Assembly: GCA_963745745.1 (NCBI GenBank)
Contig: CAVUYS010000068.1
Span: 27,614-91,613, forward strand
DNA: 64,000 bases
Direction: 5' to 3'
Source: an uncultured Spirochaetota bacterium
GTDB lineage: Bacteria > Spirochaetota > Spirochaetia > SZUA-6 > DRHE01
The position numbers were made by a program, and so were the translations under genes. Position 1 is the stretch's first letter. Every line of letters begins with the position of its first letter. The notes under the pieces were generated by a model. That model searched no databases. It was not told the origin of the DNA and saw only the letters and a list, made by a program, of their open reading frames with translations. Shown one piece after another: positions 59,491 through 64,000 of this stretch.

Positions 59491-60741
59491 ATGAAGATCG
59501 TGATCATCGCCGCCTGCCTGGCCCTGTGCGCCGCGGTTTCGGGCCTGTCGGCCCTGTCCGGAGAGCCGGTCGTGCTGACCGAGGACTCGGCCGTGGAGCT
59601 GGCGCTGCGGAACAGCCTGAGCTTGAAATCCACGCGCATTGATCTGGAAACCCTGCGGCGCAAGAGCGCCACCTCCTGGAACGCTTGGCTGCCCTCCCTG
59701 AGCGCGGGAGCCGGGCTGGGCGGGTCGCAGGAGCCCTGGGACCTGTCCCTCAGCCTGTCGGCCAGCCTGCCGCTGTCGCTGGCCACGCCCTACGGCGCGC
59801 GCGCGGCCTCGCTGCAGTATCAGGCCGCGGAGCTGCGGGTGCGGGAGGCGGAGAGCGCCATGCGCCTGGAGGTGCGCCGGAGCTTCCACGCACTGCTGCT
59901 GGGCAGGGAGAAGATCGCGCTGCTGGAGAGCAGCACCCAGAGCGCCTCCCTGTCCGCCGACATCGCGCGGCGCAACTTCGCGGCGGGACTGATCGCCGAA
60001 GTGGAGGCCCTGAGCGCCGAGATGACGCTGGAGAAGCTCGGCCCCCAGCTCGTCCAGGCCCAGGCCGACTTCCAGACCGCCCTGCTGGAGCTGCAGAGCC
60101 TGATCGGCCTGGAGCCGGGCGCGCCGGTGGAGGTGCAGGGCTCCTTCCTCGCGGCCGAAGCCCCGGTGGAGGCCGAGGCCCTGGTCCGCTCCCGGCTGGC
60201 CTCCCGCCCGGACGTGCGCGCGGCCGCGCTGGACGTGCAGCTGGCGCGCCGCCAGGCCGGCCAGGCCGCCGCCCAGGCCCGGGCCCCCACGGCCTCGCTG
60301 TCCTGGTCGCTGAACGGCTCCACCCGTACGGGCACCGGGAGCTGGGACGGGCGGGGCAGCGCCCAGCTCTCCCTGAGCGTCCCACTGGACACCTGGCTAC
60401 CCGGCTCCGCCGGCCGCGTGCAGGTGGCGGAAGCCGGCGACGGGCTGGCCAAGGCGGAGCTGGCCCTGCAGGAAACCCGGCTGTCCGCGGAGGTGGAGAT
60501 CCGCTCCCTGGTCCAGGAGCTGCAGGCCCTGGCCGAATCCCTGCGCGTTCTGGAGAAAAGCGAGCGGCTGGCCCGCAGGATCTACGAGCTGCGCAGCGCG
60601 GAGTACGCCGCAGGCCTGACGGAGCTCACGGCGCTCCGCCAGGCGCTGGACGATCACCAGCAGGCCGGGCTGGACCTGGCCGGCGCGCGCCAGCAGTACA
60701 GCGACGCCCTGGCGGAGCTGGAGCACGCCATCCAGGAGTAG
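59491..60741 (+). CDS. TolC-like outer-membrane efflux protein
   Basis: ATG 59491 inside ORF 59128..60741 gives the signal peptide MKIVIIAACLALCAAVSGLSA. Two OEP-type repeats with long helical segments follow (LSLKSTRIDLETLRRK..., QVAEAGDGLAKAELALQETRLSAEVEIRSLV...). Confidence 0.8.
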   Translation: MKIVIIAACLALCAAVSGLSALSGEPVVLTEDSAVELALRNSLSLKSTRIDLETLRRKSATSWNAWLPSLSAGAGLGGSQEPWDLSLSLSASLPLSLATPYGARAASLQYQAAELRVREAESAMRLEVRRSFHALLLGREKIALLESSTQSASLSADIARRNFAAGLIAEVEALSAEMTLEKLGPQLVQAQADFQTALLELQSLIGLEPGAPVEVQGSFLAAEAPVEAEALVRSRLASRPDVRAAALDVQLARRQAGQAAAQARAPTASLSWSLNGSTRTGTGSWDGRGSAQLSLSVPLDTWLPGSAGRVQVAEAGDGLAKAELALQETRLSAEVEIRSLVQELQALAESLRVLEKSERLARRIYELRSAEYAAGLTELTALRQALDDHQQAGLDLAGARQQYSDALAELEHAIQE

Positions 60742-60751
60742 GCGCGCCCGG

Positions 60752-61393
60752 CTACCGCTTCTCCAGAAGCTGCGGGTACTCCTTTTCCAGGGCGGCGATC
60801 TTGGGCAGGTCCCACATCATGATATAGGGCTGCGTGGGATGCTGCCGCAGGTAGTCCTGGTGATAGTCCTCGGCCGGGTAGAAGGCCTCCAGCGGCGAGA
60901 GCTGCGTGACGACCTTCTGGCCGTACACCCGGGCCTTGTCCAGCGCGCGGATGTACTCCTCCGCCACGCGCCGCTGCGCCGCATCGGCATAGAAGATCGC
61001 CGAGCGGTACTGCGTGCCGTAGTCCGGGCCCTGGAAGTTGAGCTGGGTGGGGTCGTGGGCCACCGAGAAGAACACCTTCAGCAGGGTGCCGTAGCTCACC
61101 CGGGACGGATCGTAGATGACGCGCACCGACTCGGCGTGGCCGGTGCGTCCCGTGCCCACGATCTGGTAGTGGGCCGTCTTGGCCTCCCCGCCCGCATAGC
61201 CGGAAACCACCTCCTGCACGCCCTTCAGCCGCTCGAACACGGCTTCCACCCCCCAGAAGCAGCCGCCGGCGAACACCGCCGTGCGCGTGCCCTTCTCCGC
61301 CGGATCCACCGGCGGATCGGGGAAATCGGCGCGCGCCCGGGCCGCGCCCAACAGCAACACCAGCGCCGCGGCGCCGGCCAACAATCCCTTCAT
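60752..61393 (-). CDS. msrA: Peptide-methionine (S)-S-oxide reductase MsrA with a signal peptide
   Basis: ORF 60752..61414, start placed at MKGLLAGAAALVLLLGAARARA. Active site AGGCFWGVE; also YHQDYL. Confidence 0.9.
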   Translation of the reverse strand: MKGLLAGAAALVLLLGAARARADFPDPPVDPAEKGTRTAVFAGGCFWGVEAVFERLKGVQEVVSGYAGGEAKTAHYQIVGTGRTGHAESVRVIYDPSRVSYGTLLKVFFSVAHDPTQLNFQGPDYGTQYRSAIFYADAAQRRVAEEYIRALDKARVYGQKVVTQLSPLEAFYPAEDYHQDYLRQHPTQPYIMMWDLPKIAALEKEYPQLLEKR

Positions 61394-61410
61394 GGTTCCT
61401 CCCTCCCTCT

Positions 61411-61926
61411 TCACTTCTTGAACAGGGCCAGGTACCGGCCGTAGCCTTCGACCTCCAGCCTGGCCACCGGAATGAAGCGCAGCGACGCGGAGTTCATGCA
61501 GTAGCGCAGTCCCGTGGGCGCAGGCCCGTCCGGGAAAAGGTGGCCCAGGTGCGAGTCGGCCCAGCGACTGCGCACCTCGGTGCGCACCATGCCGTAGCTC
61601 GAGTCCGTTCTTTCCACTACGTTGGCCGCCTCCAGGGGCCGGACGAAGCTCGGCCAGCCGGTGCCCGAGTCGTACTTGTCCGTGGAGCTGAACAGGGGCT
61701 CCCCGGAGACGATATCCACGTAGATGCCCGCCTGATGGTTGTTCCAGTACTCGTTCTGGAAAGCGGGCTCCGTGCCCTCCTGCTGGGTCACGTGGAACTG
61801 CAGGCTGCTGAGCTTCTTCTTCAGCTCGACCAGAGGCGGCTTGCTGTACTTGACCTCCTGAGCACCGGCATCCGCCGGGCCCAGCAGCACCGCCGCCAGG
61901 AACGCCATGGAAACCATGCCTCTCAT
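61411..61926 (-). CDS. msrB: Peptide-methionine (R)-S-oxide reductase MsrB with a signal peptide
   Basis: This is the C-terminal part of ORF 61411..63741, from [22 protein letters not shown]. It has [17 protein letters not shown] and the catalytic RYCMNS. Confidence 0.9.
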   Translation of the reverse strand: MRGMVSMAFLAAVLLGPADAGAQEVKYSKPPLVELKKKLSSLQFHVTQQEGTEPAFQNEYWNNHQAGIYVDIVSGEPLFSSTDKYDSGTGWPSFVRPLEAANVVERTDSSYGMVRTEVRSRWADSHLGHLFPDGPAPTGLRYCMNSASLRFIPVARLEVEGYGRYLALFKK

Positions 61927-61952
61927 TTGTATCTCCTTCCTCGACTTGCGAA

Positions 61953-63668
61953 TCAGCCGAAAGTGAATGCGTACAGGCGCAGCCGGCCCCGCACCTCCAG
62001 GCGCAGGACGTGCGCCCCGGCCTCGCCCAAGGCGACCAGCCGGTACAGCCTGCTGGAGCCGGCCTCCAGCAGGCCCTGGCGCACGTCCTGGGTATCCGGA
62101 GCCGGGCGCCCGTCCAGACTCACGCGGATGCTCCCCCCCGGGCCCTCCGGCTCGACCACCAGGTACACGTCCCGGGCCCGGAAGCCCAGCTCCAGGCTGC
62201 CCGCGGAATCGGGGACCACGAACTCCCTGTGGATCGTCCAGCCGCCTTCCAGGTTCCATTCCCCGTTGCCCGGGGTCCGCGCCGGCCGGTAGCGCTCGCT
62301 GGAGTCCGGCTTCGGCGGCACCGCCGAAGCGAAGCCGCGAGCCCGCCCGTAGCCCAGGTAGGTTTCCGGGGTTCCCGCGGCCAGCTCCGGCTCCGGACCC
62401 GAGACCTCCTTGCCGACCAGGCCGCCGGTCTCGCGCAGCAGCATCCGGATGACGCCTTCCGTCTCCTCGTAGGCCCCTTCCCCGAAGTGGAAATAGCGCA
62501 GGCGGCCCTTGGCGTCGATCAGGTAGTGCGCCGGCCAGAAGCGGTTGGCGTAGGCCTGCCACTGGGCGTAGTCGTTGTCCTGGACCACCGGCCAGGTCAC
62601 CCCCAGCTGGCGGATGGCCTTCTCCACGTTCTCCGCGCTCTTCTCGAACTCGAACTCCGGGGTGTGCACGCCCAGCAGCAGGAAGCCCTGGTCGGCGTAC
62701 GCCTCGTGCCAGCGGCGCAGGTACGGCAGCGTGCGCAGGCAGTTGACGCAGCTGTAGGTCCAGAAGTCCACCAGCACGACCCTGCCCCGCAGGTCCTCCG
62801 CCCGCAGGGGCTCGCTGTTGAACCAGCCGCCCGAGGCCACCAGGGGCGGGGCCGGCCCGTAGTCCCCCGCCTGCCCGGTCCGGGGGCCGTCGTCGCCGGT
62901 GCGCAGCGCCAGGGCCTCCCGCACCCCCGCGGTGTCCTCCACGGCGGTCAGGCCGGAGCCGTAGCCCGGCAGCAGGCTCAGGACCGCGCTCTGGAAGCGG
63001 CGGTCCCAGCCCAGGCCCACGGCCAGCCCGGCGGCGATCAGCAGCACCCCGAACACCCGCTGGATGGCCGCGCTGCGCAGGACCGGCAGGCGGCCGAGCA
63101 GGGTCCGCCCGCCCAGCATGATGGCCAGCATGGAGAGGGAAGTGCCCAGGGTGTAGGCCAGGGTGATGGCCACGGCCCCTCCGTCCAGCCGGCGGGTGAG
63201 CGCCAGGCTGGCCACGGAGGCCATGATCGGGCCCACGCACGGGGTCCAGACCACGCCCAGCCCCAGGCCCAGGATGGTCCCCGACCAGAAGCCGCCTCCG
63301 CGCCCGGTGCGCGGGCCGGCAGCGGGCGAGGCACGCCGCCCGGCCAGGGAGAACCCGGCCAGGCGCGCCGTGGCCCGCTCGAAGAGCTCCCGCAGCTTCG
63401 GCACGACCAGCACCAGGCCGAAGAGCACGATCAGGCCCACGGCCGCGTAGCGCAGGACGTCGGGGGAAATGCCCAGCGACTGCACCAGCGCGGTGAGCGA
63501 CAGGGTGAAGCCGGCGAAGGCCGCCGCGAACCCCAGCACCACCCCGAACGGCCGGCCCCGCCCCGCCCCCGCCCCGCCGGCCAGCACCACCGGCAGGACC
63601 GGCAGGATGCAGGGGGAAAGCACCGTGATCAGCCCGGAGACGAAGGCGAAGCCCAGGAGCAGGATCAT
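61953..63668 (-). CDS. dipZ: DipZ-type protein: CcdA/DsbD-like thiol-disulfide transporter fused to a thioredoxin-like (redoxin) domain and a C-terminal domain
   Basis: Intact 571-aa ORF. Membrane cysteines occur in [10 protein letters not shown] and WTPCVGP. The redoxin motif is [14 protein letters not shown]. Confidence 0.75.
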   Translation of the reverse strand: MILLLGFAFVSGLITVLSPCILPVLPVVLAGGAGAGRGRPFGVVLGFAAAFAGFTLSLTALVQSLGISPDVLRYAAVGLIVLFGLVLVVPKLRELFERATARLAGFSLAGRRASPAAGPRTGRGGGFWSGTILGLGLGVVWTPCVGPIMASVASLALTRRLDGGAVAITLAYTLGTSLSMLAIMLGGRTLLGRLPVLRSAAIQRVFGVLLIAAGLAVGLGWDRRFQSAVLSLLPGYGSGLTAVEDTAGVREALALRTGDDGPRTGQAGDYGPAPPLVASGGWFNSEPLRAEDLRGRVVLVDFWTYSCVNCLRTLPYLRRWHEAYADQGFLLLGVHTPEFEFEKSAENVEKAIRQLGVTWPVVQDNDYAQWQAYANRFWPAHYLIDAKGRLRYFHFGEGAYEETEGVIRMLLRETGGLVGKEVSGPEPELAAGTPETYLGYGRARGFASAVPPKPDSSERYRPARTPGNGEWNLEGGWTIHREFVVPDSAGSLELGFRARDVYLVVEPEGPGGSIRVSLDGRPAPDTQDVRQGLLEAGSSRLYRLVALGEAGAHVLRLEVRGRLRLYAFTFG

Positions 63669-63994
63669 TGCCCCATCCTGCGCAGGAGCTCGTCCAGGCC
63701 GCCGCCGTTCCAGACCGCGGTCTTGCGCCCGCCGGCGTCAATGCGCACCCAGGTGTGCTGGTAGGTCACCCCGTAGCGCTTCTTCAGCTCGCCGGCGCGG
63801 TCGTAGTCCACCACGAGCACCAGCACGTTGCCCAGCCGGCCCGCGCCGGCCTCCAGCTCCTTCATGGCCGCCCGGCAGGTCGGGCACCAGGAGGCCTGGA
63901 AGAACAGGACCGTGGGGCCCTGGGCGGCCAGCAGGCGCGCGGTGGACAGATCGGTGAAGGGGATGATCCGGGAGGCGGAGCCCGACATCATCAT
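63665..63994 (-). CDS. Thioredoxin-family protein (WCPTC); may start beyond the window
   Basis: ORF 63665..63994 has the motif [13 protein letters not shown]. Its stop overlaps the dipZ start as ATGA. The frame is still open at position 64000, so the true start is uncertain. Confidence 0.7.
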   Translation of the reverse strand: MMMSGSASRIIPFTDLSTARLLAAQGPTVLFFQASWCPTCRAAMKELEAGAGRLGNVLVLVVDYDRAGELKKRYGVTYQHTWVRIDAGGRKTAVWNGGGLDELLRRMGQ

Positions 63995-64000
63995 GGAGCC

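Overview
This is a very GC-rich chromosomal segment (third codon positions are almost all G/C) from what looks like a diderm bacterium, given TolC-like, LpxO-like and small barrel-like exported proteins. I can support about 60 protein-coding genes. I saw no rRNA, tRNA, CRISPR array, transposase or integrase.

Gene content, left to right:
- Sugar ABC transporter, LacI-family regulator and a GH13 enzyme.
- A PucC-like MFS cluster.
- A cytidylate-kinase-like/BON protein and a LuxR-type regulator.
- A condensation-type acyltransferase coupled to a zinc-ribbon membrane protein.
- A DUF6544-like gene, a histone-deacetylase-family gene and the livJHMGF genes, all co-directional.
- Reductive pyrimidine catabolism (preT, preA, dihydropyrimidinase).
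- A small AT-rich island with a ribbon-helix-helix gene.
- An RRM protein, ApbE and a flavodiiron protein.
- A minus-strand run of hybrid kinase, leucine-rich-repeat (LRR) protein, Asp/Asn beta-hydroxylase-like protein and mnmA.
- araA.
- A run of GNAT, GNAT, PLP enzyme, DUF1611, PP-loop protein and dioxygenase-like protein of unknown function.
- A response-regulator/thioredoxin-reductase fusion with a cNMP-binding kinase.
- A fused membrane/spermidine-synthase-like protein.
- Two nucleotide-cyclase genes, one of them a STAND/TPR giant.
- A sigma54 two-component pair co-transcribed with a MacAB-type pump, opposite a TolC-like gene that has an exact sigma54 promoter.
- An exported MsrA/MsrB-DipZ-thioredoxin module.

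The main caveat is technical. By my reading about 45 apparent single-base frame switches interrupt otherwise well-conserved genes, often in G/C runs. Many supplied ORFs are therefore fragments or chimeras, and I give reconstructed gene spans.

The most interesting unexplained content is:
- the 34.4-40.3 kb enzyme operon;
- the kinase-LRR-hydroxylase-mnmA operon;
- the RHH/zinc-ribbon island;
- a recurring TGAGTAT box 6-7 nt upstream of start codons, which suggests leaderless transcripts;
- the sigma54-controlled efflux module.

All family assignments come from motif recognition by eye. No database search was run.
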